A stretch of 64,000 bases of DNA from an uncultured delta proteobacterium (GTDB taxonomy: Bacteria; Desulfobacterota; Desulfuromonadia; Geobacterales; Pseudopelobacteraceae), in NCBI GenBank assembly GCA_963772835.1, contig CAVYYZ010000011.1, positions 384,001 to 448,000 on the forward strand. Direction: 5' to 3'. Of this stretch, positions 27,205 to 36,530 are shown piece after piece (the first letter of the stretch is position 1; each line of letters starts with the position of its first letter). The position numbers and the translations under genes are program-made. The notes beneath the pieces are model-generated. The model did not search any database. It had not been told where the DNA came from and saw nothing but the letters and a program-made list of their open reading frames with translations.

Positions 27205-30200
27205 ATGACACACCATCATACAAAGCGGCAGACAAGCATCAAAACCAGGATTGCCCTGACGACTCTTGTCACCGTATCGATAGTCCTGGTCTCTGTTTCA
27301 TCTGCACTCTTTTTCTATTTTCACGGACTGCTGCGTGACAGCATCTTCAAGCAGCAGTTCCTTATGGTTTCTGAAATTGCAGAACAACTTGATGGCCGTA
27401 TTCAACTCGCCCGCTATCAACTATCCCTTGCCGCTACAGAAATTACCAGTCAGGTTCTGGCCAACCCCCGGGAAATTGAAAAAATATTTACCGATTTCAG
27501 CCCTATCAATATGATTTTCGATGCGGGGTTTGTTGTCATCGGCACCGATGGACGTGTCATAGCTGAAAGCATGGGCTATGAAGAACTTATCGGGATGGAT
27601 CTGAACTATCGGGACTATGTGAAAGAAGCGCTTCTTACCGGCAAACCATCTATTTCCGGGCCATTCCGCTTTAGCCTTCCCCCGCACAACCCCATGATCG
27701 CCATGGTAACCCCGGTCCGGGACAATACTGACAAAGTCATCTGTCTGCTGGCAGGGTATCATTCACTCGGCGCCGATCAATTTCTCACCGATCTGTCAAC
27801 AAAGCAGGTCGGCGATTCATCCTATGTGTATATTCTTCATAACCGCACCATCTTGATGCATCCCGATAAATCGCGGGTTATGGAAGTTATTCCGGAGGGG
27901 AGCAACCGCGGTGTGGACCTGGCGATAAAAGGCGTTGAAGGTTCCCTGGACAATGTCAATTCCAGAGGATTGCACATGCTCAGCTCCTTCAAAAAAATCG
28001 GAGAAACAGACTGGGTTCTTGGCGCCAATACTCCCTATAACGATGCGTTCAGGCCTGTTAACAAGCTTATTATGAATACCATCGTCATTTCAGTATTCGG
28101 ACTTTTGTTTGCGCTTTCTGTCCTTTGGTATGTTGCCCGTCGCCTGACACTCCCCATACGTCAGCTTACCGGTCATGTTGATGCTGCCGGTATTGACAGT
28201 CAGGTATGGCACCCTTTAGATCTCCGTACCGGTGACGAGATTGAACGACTGGCTGATGCCTTTAATAACCTGATGCAGGAGGTGAATGACACAAAAATGC
28301 TGCTTAGGAATGAAAAGGATTTTTTCAGCGACATTATTCAGCATACTGCGGCACCGATGCTCGTCATTGATCACAACCACGAGATACTCTTCTGGAACGC
28401 CGCGCTGTCTGAAATGACCGGTAAAAGTTCATCGGAAATGATCGGCACCAATCTGCAGTGGACTCCATTCTACGCTACCGAGCGCCCCTTGATTGCCGAT
28501 CTGGTGATAGACCAGGATACCGGCAGTGCAGATAAATTTTATTCGAAATATGCCATTTCATCGCTCAAGGAAGGCTCTCTCCGCGCCGAAGGGTGGTACG
28601 AAAATATCGGCGGCAAGCGCCGCTATATCTTCTTTGAAGCTGCACCGATCAGAGACAGCAACCATGAGATCATCGCGTCCGTAGAGACCCTGGAAGACAT
28701 TACAGAACGCAAGTTATTGGAAGAGTCACTGTCCCGCCTTACCCGTGCCGTCGAGCAGAGTCCGGCTACTATTGCCATCACGAATCTGGACGGAATAATT
28801 GATTATGTTAATCCAAAGTTCTGCCAGGTAACCGGGTACACCCTCGACGAGGCAATCGGCCAGAATCCACGCATACTTAAGTCCGGTGAAATGTCACCGG
28901 AAAATTATTCAGAGCTATGGAAGACCATCACCTCAGGAGGGGAGTGGCACGGTGAATTTCATAACAAACGCAAGGACGGTACCCTCTTCTGGGAGTTTGC
29001 CTCCATTTCACCACTGTTCGATAAAGACGGTACGATCACAGGATACCTTGCCGTCAAAGAGGATATCACCGAACGCAAGGTGATAGAAAAAGAGTTGGCG
29101 GAGAGCCGGCTGGCATTAGAAGCAAATCACGAAAAGCTTGAACATCTTTTTGCCGAAGTGGCCAGCGGCAAGCGCGAGTGGGAGGAAACCCTTGATCACC
29201 TGCGTGATTTCATCATCCTGACTGATCCTGACCACCGCATACGGCGTTGTAACAAGCTTCTGTCCGATGCTACCGGTATGCATCTCAACGGACTGGCCGG
29301 GCTTGACTGGAGAAATCTGCTCCGTGATGCTGGTTTTCATTTTTTAAACTTCAATGGTTCAACCGGAGAAATGATCCATCAAAAATCGGGAAGCACCTAC
29401 GATATTACGGTGTATCCGATAGAAGATGCCGCGGAGGTAAAAGGGTATGTGGTTTCGATCAACGACACCACCGAGTTGCAGGCCGCCTCCCGGGAACTTC
29501 AAAAAGCATACCTGGAACTGAAGGAAGCGCAGATGCATATTTTCCAGCAGGAAAAAATGGCTTCCATCGGTCAGTTGGCGGCAGGTGTGGCGCATGAAAT
29601 AAACAATCCGATGGGATTTGTCTCCAGCAACCTGACAACCCTCAATAAATATGTGGAGCGACTTATCGAATATATCGCCGCCGGAGAAATCGCGGTTGAA
29701 TCATGCAGCGGCGGCGAACCGGAAAAGCTTAAAAATCTCAGGAAGAGTCTGAAGATAGACTATATCTCCGATGATGCCCGTCTGCTTATTACCGAAAGTC
29801 AGGATGGCGCAGGCAGAGTGCGGCGTATCGTGCAGGATCTGATGAGTTTTTCGCGGGCCGATCAGGTCGAGCCTGTTCTGACCAATCTGAACGAAGCACT
29901 GGAAACGGCAATCAATTTCGCCGGCAACGAAATAAGGTATATCGCCACTATCAAGCGCGAATTTGGTGACATACCTGAAATTAAATGTTTTTCACAGCAA
30001 CTGAATCAGGTCTTTCTCAATCTGCTGGTAAATGCTGCTCACGCCATGACGGAAAAACAGGATGGCACGTTAACTATTCGCACCCGGGTAGAAGGTGACC
30101 ATGTCTGTGTCTCGATTATTGATACCGGATGCGGCATCCCGGAAAATATCCGCCAAAGGATTTTTGAACCGTTTTTTACCACCAAGGAGGTCGGCAAAGG

Positions 30201-30342
30201 CACGGGGCTGGGACTTTCCATCTCGTACGAAATAATCCAGAAACATGGCGGCGATATCAGTGTGGAAAGTGAATTAGGAAAGGGTACAACATTTACGGTG
30301 CGGCTGCCGGTCGATGCAGCGGCACGTAAACAATTACAGTGA
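27205..30342 (+). CDS. sensor histidine kinase (Cache, HAMP, 3 PAS, HisKA, HATPase)
   Basis: Two TM segments flanking a Cache-like domain, HAMP (DEIERLADAFN), PAS domains, [37 protein letters not shown]. Confidence 0.92.
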   Translation: MTHHHTKRQTSIKTRIALTTLVTVSIVLVSVSSALFFYFHGLLRDSIFKQQFLMVSEIAEQLDGRIQLARYQLSLAATEITSQVLANPREIEKIFTDFSPINMIFDAGFVVIGTDGRVIAESMGYEELIGMDLNYRDYVKEALLTGKPSISGPFRFSLPPHNPMIAMVTPVRDNTDKVICLLAGYHSLGADQFLTDLSTKQVGDSSYVYILHNRTILMHPDKSRVMEVIPEGSNRGVDLAIKGVEGSLDNVNSRGLHMLSSFKKIGETDWVLGANTPYNDAFRPVNKLIMNTIVISVFGLLFALSVLWYVARRLTLPIRQLTGHVDAAGIDSQVWHPLDLRTGDEIERLADAFNNLMQEVNDTKMLLRNEKDFFSDIIQHTAAPMLVIDHNHEILFWNAALSEMTGKSSSEMIGTNLQWTPFYATERPLIADLVIDQDTGSADKFYSKYAISSLKEGSLRAEGWYENIGGKRRYIFFEAAPIRDSNHEIIASVETLEDITERKLLEESLSRLTRAVEQSPATIAITNLDGIIDYVNPKFCQVTGYTLDEAIGQNPRILKSGEMSPENYSELWKTITSGGEWHGEFHNKRKDGTLFWEFASISPLFDKDGTITGYLAVKEDITERKVIEKELAESRLALEANHEKLEHLFAEVASGKREWEETLDHLRDFIILTDPDHRIRRCNKLLSDATGMHLNGLAGLDWRNLLRDAGFHFLNFNGSTGEMIHQKSGSTYDITVYPIEDAAEVKGYVVSINDTTELQAASRELQKAYLELKEAQMHIFQQEKMASIGQLAAGVAHEINNPMGFVSSNLTTLNKYVERLIEYIAAGEIAVESCSGGEPEKLKNLRKSLKIDYISDDARLLITESQDGAGRVRRIVQDLMSFSRADQVEPVLTNLNEALETAINFAGNEIRYIATIKREFGDIPEIKCFSQQLNQVFLNLLVNAAHAMTEKQDGTLTIRTRVEGDHVCVSIIDTGCGIPENIRQRIFEPFFTTKEVGKGTGLGLSISYEIIQKHGGDISVESELGKGTTFTVRLPVDAAARKQLQ

Positions 30343-30369
30343 AATAAACCTGCCCGGGAGAGATGTGTA

Positions 30370-32763
30370 GTGAATACGGATCAAATATCAGACTGCGTAC
30401 CGACACCCGGGGATCCCGGCGTAATCCAGTGGCATGCACTATTTAATGCCATCAGCCAGCCCGCCATCATCCTCAACCCGGACCACCGGGTTGTCGCTGC
30501 CAACAGTGCCAGCCGGCGCCTGACCGGCATGTTGTCTGCTGACATTATCGGAAAATACTGCTTTGAGGTGTTTCATCACCGCACGAACGGAGCGCCTGAT
30601 GGCTGCCCCATGGCTAAAATGCTGCGGAGCGGCGTCATGGAGTCGTTCAATATGGAGATTGAGGCTCTGGACGGGACTTTTCTTGTATCATGCACCCCGA
30701 TACTGGCTTCAGACGGCACTCTGGATAAAATAATCCATATTGCGACCGATGTAACCTCACGCAAAGAGACCGAGCTGCAACTGGGTGCCGAATCGTCCTT
30801 CAACAGATCAATTATTGATAATGCCCCGGAGGGGCTCTGCGTGTGTCATACCGTCCCTGAATTTCCCTATGTCCGGTTTACCGTCTGGAATGATCGCATG
30901 GCCGTCATAACCGGATATACGAAGGCAGAGATCAATGCCGGCGGATATTATCAGACACTGTACCCCGACCAGGCATTACAGACACGCGCAGTGGAGCGCA
31001 TGGAGAGGATGAGAGAAGGGGAACATCTGGCCGGTGAAAATTGGCGGATTACCAACAAGGATGGTGAGGATCGCATTGCGGCCATCTGGACCTCCGCGCT
31101 TCGTCCAGCCGATGGTTCAGAGCATATAATGGCATTTTTTATAGATGTGACCGAAAACAAAAAGCTTGAAAAACTCCACGAACAATCCCGACTTGACCTG
31201 CTGGAACAGAAGAATTTTACCGACAGCCTGATTCGGGGTTCTGTGTCTGCAATGTTCGTACTGGACAGCAACCATCACGTGCAGGTCTGGAACATGTCCT
31301 GTGAACATCTGACCGGCCTCTCTCATGCCGATATGATAGGGAGTAATGACCAGTGGAAGGCGTTCTATGACAAAGAGCAGCCGACTCTGGCAGATGTTAT
31401 TCTCGATGGCGATTTCAGCAGGTTGTCCCGGCAGTACTCGCACGTTTCAAAATCTGACTACGTACCGGATGGGTACAAGGCAGAGGGATGGTTCACACAG
31501 GTACATGGCAAAGATCGCTTTTTACTGATCGAAGCCTCACCCGTATACGATCGCCAGGGGAATATGACTCACGTTATTGAAACGATCAATGACCTGACAG
31601 AGAGCAAGATGCTTGAAGAGCAGCTGCTGCATGCCCAGAAAATGGAATCCATTGGACTTCTGGCAGGTGGAATAGCGCACGAATTCAACAATTTACTTGC
31701 GGTGATCCTCGGGTATGGTCAGGTCATGCGCAAGGGGTGTGAACCTGAATCAACAGCCATGAATGACCTTGATCAGATACTGACGGCGGCCGAACGTGCC
31801 GCTGTTCTCACCAAGGGTCTCCTCGCCTTCAGCCGCAAACAGCATGTCTCACTGAAAAATCTGGATGTGACAAATGTTGTGCACAATACACTGAAAAGTT
31901 TCAGCCGCATAATGGGTGATGACATATACATCACGGAACAGCGAACCGATGACCCTCTCATGATTTATGCCGACCAGGCACTGGTGACCCAGGTTGTTAT
32001 GAATATGATGGCCAATGCCCGTGATGCCATGCCGAACGGCGGTGAGTTCAACATAAGCACCAAACGTTCGATCTTCACCGAACCGTATTCATCTCCATTC
32101 TGCACTATTCCTTCCGGCGCATATGCTCAAATCTCGATATCAGACAGCGGGTGTGGAATGAATGTGGATACCATAGCACGAATATTCGAGCCATTCTTTA
32201 CCACCAAGGATATCGGCAAGGGGACCGGACTCGGCCTGTCGGTCGTGTACGGAATTGTTTCACAGCACAACGGCTACATATGTGTCTCTTCGGAACCGGG
32301 GCAGGGTGCAACCTTTGAGTTGTATATACCGTTGATAGAGCAGCAGGTTTCAAATTGTACTGGTACGGATTCACATCTATCCATTCGGGGAGGCAGTGAA
32401 ACGATCCTGCTTGCCGATGATGAACCGTCTCTGCTGGAGCTGTTCAAAGATGTCCTCTCGGAGATCGGCTATCATGTCATTACGGCTACAGACGGCGCCG
32501 ATGCGGTCGAAAAATTCACCGCCAACCGCGATGACATCACGTTATTGATCCTTGATGTCCAGATGCGCAAGAAGAGCGGTTTGCAGGCTTACCGGGAGAT
32601 CAGGCTCATTAAACCGGAATGCAGAGTACTTTTTGTCAGTGGGTTCAATGTGGAGCAGTTTCATGGCGACATGGCGCTGGAGGAAGGTTCGGAAATGTTG
32701 ACAAAACCGTTTCTTCCGGCAGTCCTGGCCGATAAAGTCAGAAAAATGCTTGATGCACCGTGA
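30370..32763 (+). CDS. cytoplasmic hybrid histidine kinase (3 PAS, HisKA, HATPase, REC)
   Basis: GTG start; [29 protein letters not shown]-terminal REC (ILLADDE, LILDVQM, KPF). Confidence 0.92.
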   Translation: MNTDQISDCVPTPGDPGVIQWHALFNAISQPAIILNPDHRVVAANSASRRLTGMLSADIIGKYCFEVFHHRTNGAPDGCPMAKMLRSGVMESFNMEIEALDGTFLVSCTPILASDGTLDKIIHIATDVTSRKETELQLGAESSFNRSIIDNAPEGLCVCHTVPEFPYVRFTVWNDRMAVITGYTKAEINAGGYYQTLYPDQALQTRAVERMERMREGEHLAGENWRITNKDGEDRIAAIWTSALRPADGSEHIMAFFIDVTENKKLEKLHEQSRLDLLEQKNFTDSLIRGSVSAMFVLDSNHHVQVWNMSCEHLTGLSHADMIGSNDQWKAFYDKEQPTLADVILDGDFSRLSRQYSHVSKSDYVPDGYKAEGWFTQVHGKDRFLLIEASPVYDRQGNMTHVIETINDLTESKMLEEQLLHAQKMESIGLLAGGIAHEFNNLLAVILGYGQVMRKGCEPESTAMNDLDQILTAAERAAVLTKGLLAFSRKQHVSLKNLDVTNVVHNTLKSFSRIMGDDIYITEQRTDDPLMIYADQALVTQVVMNMMANARDAMPNGGEFNISTKRSIFTEPYSSPFCTIPSGAYAQISISDSGCGMNVDTIARIFEPFFTTKDIGKGTGLGLSVVYGIVSQHNGYICVSSEPGQGATFELYIPLIEQQVSNCTGTDSHLSIRGGSETILLADDEPSLLELFKDVLSEIGYHVITATDGADAVEKFTANRDDITLLILDVQMRKKSGLQAYREIRLIKPECRVLFVSGFNVEQFHGDMALEEGSEMLTKPFLPAVLADKVRKMLDAP

Positions 32764-32785
32764 TGCTGTTGATCGGAGGCAGAAG

Positions 32786-32878
32786 ATGATTGAAAAATAT
32801 ATTTCGGAGCATTCCGAAGCTGAATTCAGCCACGGCATTTGCCCGACATGTTTTGAAAATAAATTTGGAGAACTGTAA
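32786..32878 (+). other. 30-codon ORF or remnant encoding the C-terminal half of a signalling-protein zinc-finger tail
   Basis: GGAGG RBS, then MIEKYISEHSEAEFSHGICPTCFENKFGEL*; below the ORF-track length cutoff. Confidence 0.6.
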
Positions 32879-32898
32879 AACCGGACAGGGGGCATATT

Positions 32899-33375
32899 AT
32901 GGGAAAGTTAAGTATCGGTGACACGCACATCCTCGACATCTGCTGCCAAATAGAAGAGTCGTGTTCAAAACTATACCGGTATTTCTCCGAACTCTACGCG
33001 GAGAACCCCCAGGTCAGCGCACTGTGGGAAAAGACGTCACAGGAGGAGGATAGTCACGCCGCCCAGTTCCGCCTGGCCTATAATCTCCAGGGCGCCGGCA
33101 TTCAATCGCTGAAGACCGATCTGAAAAGGGCAACAGCTCTCCTCGCCAAAATTCATGCCGTGTATGAAGGTGTACAAAAAACTCCGCCGCCTCTTACCGA
33201 TGCGCTGCGGTTTGCCGTCAGACTGGAACACTTCATGGCCGACTATCATATGAACGCACTGGCAACCTATACCGATGAAAGCCTTGCGCGCCTGTTCACC
33301 TCGATGATGAATAACGATTATGAACATATAGGCGTTCTGGAGAAGGCGTCCGAAGGAACGTATCAGAGTAAGTGA
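32899..33375 (+). CDS. ferritin-like/rubrerythrin-family protein
   Basis: E..C..LY, EEDSH, ALRFAVRLE, DYEH: four-helix diiron-type pattern. Confidence 0.78.
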   Translation: MGKLSIGDTHILDICCQIEESCSKLYRYFSELYAENPQVSALWEKTSQEEDSHAAQFRLAYNLQGAGIQSLKTDLKRATALLAKIHAVYEGVQKTPPPLTDALRFAVRLEHFMADYHMNALATYTDESLARLFTSMMNNDYEHIGVLEKASEGTYQSK

Positions 33376-33431
33376 TGTCATGGCGTAAAGATCGATTGAA
33401 ACATTCCGGCTGTCGGCACAAAGGAGTGGTC

Positions 33432-34445
33432 ATGCGGAATTCATGGAACGCGGTAATCAGGATAGTGGCGGTAACTGCCATCAGCCTGGCTTTGTGTTGT
33501 CAGGGATGTACAAAACAGGAAAAAACGGCCTATACCGGTCCGCCGGTGAAGATGACCATCGGCATCGCCAAGGGTGAAAGTGCCACGATTGTTATTGTTG
33601 CCGACCAGCAGGGCTATTTCAAACAGATGGGTCTGGAGGTTGGTCTTCAGGTCTTTGACAGCGGCGTGGCCGCGGTGGCGGCACTTAACGAGGGGAAAAT
33701 CGATATAGCCGCACCGGCTGATTTTGTCTTTACTTCCAATATCCACACCCATCCGGACCTCCGCATAATCGCGGCAATAAATAAAATTAACAGTATCAAG
33801 CTGATCGCCCGTGAGGATAAAGGCATCTCAAACCCTGCCGATTTGAAGGGTAAACGGATCGGGGTGACACGTACGAGCATCGCTGAATATGTCCTGGGGA
33901 AGTTCCTGAACAGAAACCGCTTGAAGATGGATGAAATAACCATGGTCGATATGTCTCCGTCGGTGATGGAGAAAGAGATGGCTGCAGGAACCATAGATGC
34001 GGCAATAGTCTGGAATCCGATTGCACAGAGTATCAAACAGGATCTCGGCGCTGCTGCCATCACGTGGCCTGCACAGTCCGAAATACCGTGGCATCTGGTA
34101 CTGGTTGCCCGTGACGGCTTCATCAGGAAAGAGCCGGCCGCACTGGTACGACTGATGAAGGCTCTGATCATGGCCGAAAAATCTGTTGCCGCGGACCCGG
34201 CCCCGGTACAGCAGGAACTCGCTCAACGTTTCGGGATGGCCTCGAAGTACTTTGCAGAGATCTGGGAGGACAATCAGTTCAAGGTGTTCCTCGACCGCAG
34301 TCTGCTGCTGACTCTGGAGGATGAATCCCTCTGGCTCCACAGCTCACAGAAGATTTCGGAAAAAATGCAGCATAACTTTCTGAACTATCTGTATCTTGAT
34401 GCACTCAAGACTACCCGCCCGGAATCGGTAACCATTATTAACTGA
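33432..34445 (+). CDS. NrtA/SsuA/NMT1-family substrate-binding protein (possible lipoprotein)
   Basis: Signal peptide ending CQGC, VADQQGYF...GL.V, AL..GKIDIA, DLKGKRIG, G.IDAAIVWNP. AAGGAG RBS before ATG 33432. Confidence 0.85.
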   Translation: MRNSWNAVIRIVAVTAISLALCCQGCTKQEKTAYTGPPVKMTIGIAKGESATIVIVADQQGYFKQMGLEVGLQVFDSGVAAVAALNEGKIDIAAPADFVFTSNIHTHPDLRIIAAINKINSIKLIAREDKGISNPADLKGKRIGVTRTSIAEYVLGKFLNRNRLKMDEITMVDMSPSVMEKEMAAGTIDAAIVWNPIAQSIKQDLGAAAITWPAQSEIPWHLVLVARDGFIRKEPAALVRLMKALIMAEKSVAADPAPVQQELAQRFGMASKYFAEIWEDNQFKVFLDRSLLLTLEDESLWLHSSQKISEKMQHNFLNYLYLDALKTTRPESVTIIN

Positions 34446-34458
34446 CAAGGCGGAAATC

Positions 34459-36048
34459 ATGACTATCAAAACACAACAACGGGTCCTCCTTGCAGTTATC
34501 GGCATCATTTTCACCGTGATGGTCGGCATTGCCGCCAGATCAAACTGGGTTACCGGTCAATATAGGGACAGAGGTCTGCTGCTGACAGAAGTAATCAAGG
34601 AGGTGTTCGAATTCAATATCGCCGCCGGCGACTATCTGCTGAGACACAATGATCGGGCTCTGGAACAGATGGAGCGTCGCATTCATACCCTCGCAAAGCC
34701 GCTGGAACGGATTCGCTTTGTCCGCGAAGGACGGGTGGCGGTACTGGTTGACATGCAGCGGGAACTGGCGCTCGCCGGGAAGAAGTTTGACCGGCTCAAA
34801 GAGCTTCACACGGCCTTCCACGCACAATTCCGGTCTGAAATAAATGAAGATATTGATGCCTTCAGTTATCAGGAAATTCAGGATCTTTCCGCCAGCCTCT
34901 CAATAAGTGCGGTGAAACTGGTGACCTCCGCCCAGTATCTGCTGAAATTATCGGCGGAAACGGAGGTTGCAGATATCGGTTTTTATGAGCGCCTTTTGAT
35001 GGGCGGCATGATTGTTTCCTTTGCTCTTCTTACTCTGGCGGCCTTCCTTTTTTCCCGAAGATTTGTTCTCTCGATCGGGGCACTTACGGAAGGGGCCGCC
35101 AGGATAGCCGCCGGCGATATGACAACCCGGCTTGAGCTGACCGGCAACGATGAACTGACAGACCTGACCCGCTCTCTCAATGAGATGACGCAGAAACTGC
35201 AGGGTTCCTATGAAGCGCTGGAAGATGAAATTGAAGAGCGCACGCGGACCGAGGAGTCTTTGCTTGAATCCGAACAGCAGCTTCGAGTGAAAGAGGAAAA
35301 AGTGCGCACACTGAACCTGCAGCTGGAGAGCCGCTTGCTCAAGCTGCAGGAGGCAAACAGGGAGATGGAGTCCTTCACTTACTCCGTCTCGCATGACCTG
35401 CGGGCACCATTGCGCCACCTGACAGGTTTTGTGGAGATGTTGAATGAACGGGACACCAGCGGTCTGGATGAAAAGAGCAGGCACTATCTCGATGTCATCT
35501 CATCTTCCGCCATGAAAATGGGCTGCCTGATAGACGACCTGCTGTCGTTTTCACGCATGGGGCGCGGCGAAATGATGGAAACCAGTGTCGATATGAAACT
35601 TCTTACCCGTGAGGTCGTCGACGAAATTTCAGAAAATCTTCCCCAGGGGAGGGTGATTACATGGCACATCGGTGAATTGCCGGTCGTAACCGGAGACAGG
35701 GCCATGCTGCGGCTTGTACTGGTCAACCTGATTTCAAATGCCGTTAAATTCTCCGGCAAAGTAGAAACTCCGCTCATCGAGGTGGACGTGCTGCCGACGG
35801 AGGATGCCGGTTATACCCTGTTTGTCAGGGATAACGGTGCCGGATTCAATATGAAATATGCAGACAAGCTGTTCGGATTGTTCCAGCGGCTGCATTCGAC
35901 TGCTGAGTACGAAGGAACCGGGGTAGGACTTGCCAACGTCCACCGCATTATCGCCCGGCATAACGGCAGAACCTGGGCCGAAGGGGAGCTGGGCAAAGGT
36001 GCGACGTTCTATTTCACACTTCCGAATGAAAAGGAGACACAGCCATGA
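34459..36048 (+). CDS. membrane sensor histidine kinase (periplasmic helical domain, HAMP, Cph1-type kinase core)
   Basis: 2 TM, HAMP, FTYSVSHDLRAPLR, NLISNAVKF, DNGAGF, LFGLFQRLH, GTGVGLA. Confidence 0.92.
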   Translation: MTIKTQQRVLLAVIGIIFTVMVGIAARSNWVTGQYRDRGLLLTEVIKEVFEFNIAAGDYLLRHNDRALEQMERRIHTLAKPLERIRFVREGRVAVLVDMQRELALAGKKFDRLKELHTAFHAQFRSEINEDIDAFSYQEIQDLSASLSISAVKLVTSAQYLLKLSAETEVADIGFYERLLMGGMIVSFALLTLAAFLFSRRFVLSIGALTEGAARIAAGDMTTRLELTGNDELTDLTRSLNEMTQKLQGSYEALEDEIEERTRTEESLLESEQQLRVKEEKVRTLNLQLESRLLKLQEANREMESFTYSVSHDLRAPLRHLTGFVEMLNERDTSGLDEKSRHYLDVISSSAMKMGCLIDDLLSFSRMGRGEMMETSVDMKLLTREVVDEISENLPQGRVITWHIGELPVVTGDRAMLRLVLVNLISNAVKFSGKVETPLIEVDVLPTEDAGYTLFVRDNGAGFNMKYADKLFGLFQRLHSTAEYEGTGVGLANVHRIIARHNGRTWAEGELGKGATFYFTLPNEKETQP

Positions 36049-36491
36049 CGGTACATATCAGAAAAATTCTGCTTGTTGAGGACAATCCCAATGATGCCGA
36101 AATGACGCTGGAAGCACTGGGCAAGAAAAATCTTGCCAATGAAGTGATCTGGCTGAAAGACGGGCAGGAAGCCATTGATTTCCTGTACTGCAGAGATTCC
36201 TGGGAGGGACGTGAGAGCATCAATCCCGCTCTGATCCTGCTGGATATCAAGATGCCGCGGATTGACGGTCTTCAGGTGCTGAAGCTGATCAAGGGGGATC
36301 CGAAACTTCGATCCATACCGGTTGTCATCCTGACGTCATCACGTGAGGAGAGTGACCTTATTGAAGGGTACGATCAGGGGGCCAATGCCTTCGTGGTCAA
36401 ACCGGTCAATTTTGCCGATTTCATGCAGTCTGTAGCGTCACTCGGTGTGTTCTGGGCGGTACTGAACGAAGCACCGCCGATCACTGTTTAA
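36045..36491 (+). CDS. single-domain response regulator, Rcp1-like
   Basis: ILLVEDNPND, LILLDIKMPRIDG, IPVVILTSS, GANAFVVKPV; overlaps the kinase stop. Confidence 0.92.
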   Translation: MTVHIRKILLVEDNPNDAEMTLEALGKKNLANEVIWLKDGQEAIDFLYCRDSWEGRESINPALILLDIKMPRIDGLQVLKLIKGDPKLRSIPVVILTSSREESDLIEGYDQGANAFVVKPVNFADFMQSVASLGVFWAVLNEAPPITV

Positions 36492-36530
36492 TGACGGGGC
36501 GCCGACCCCGAACATGCATGAGGAGGTAGT

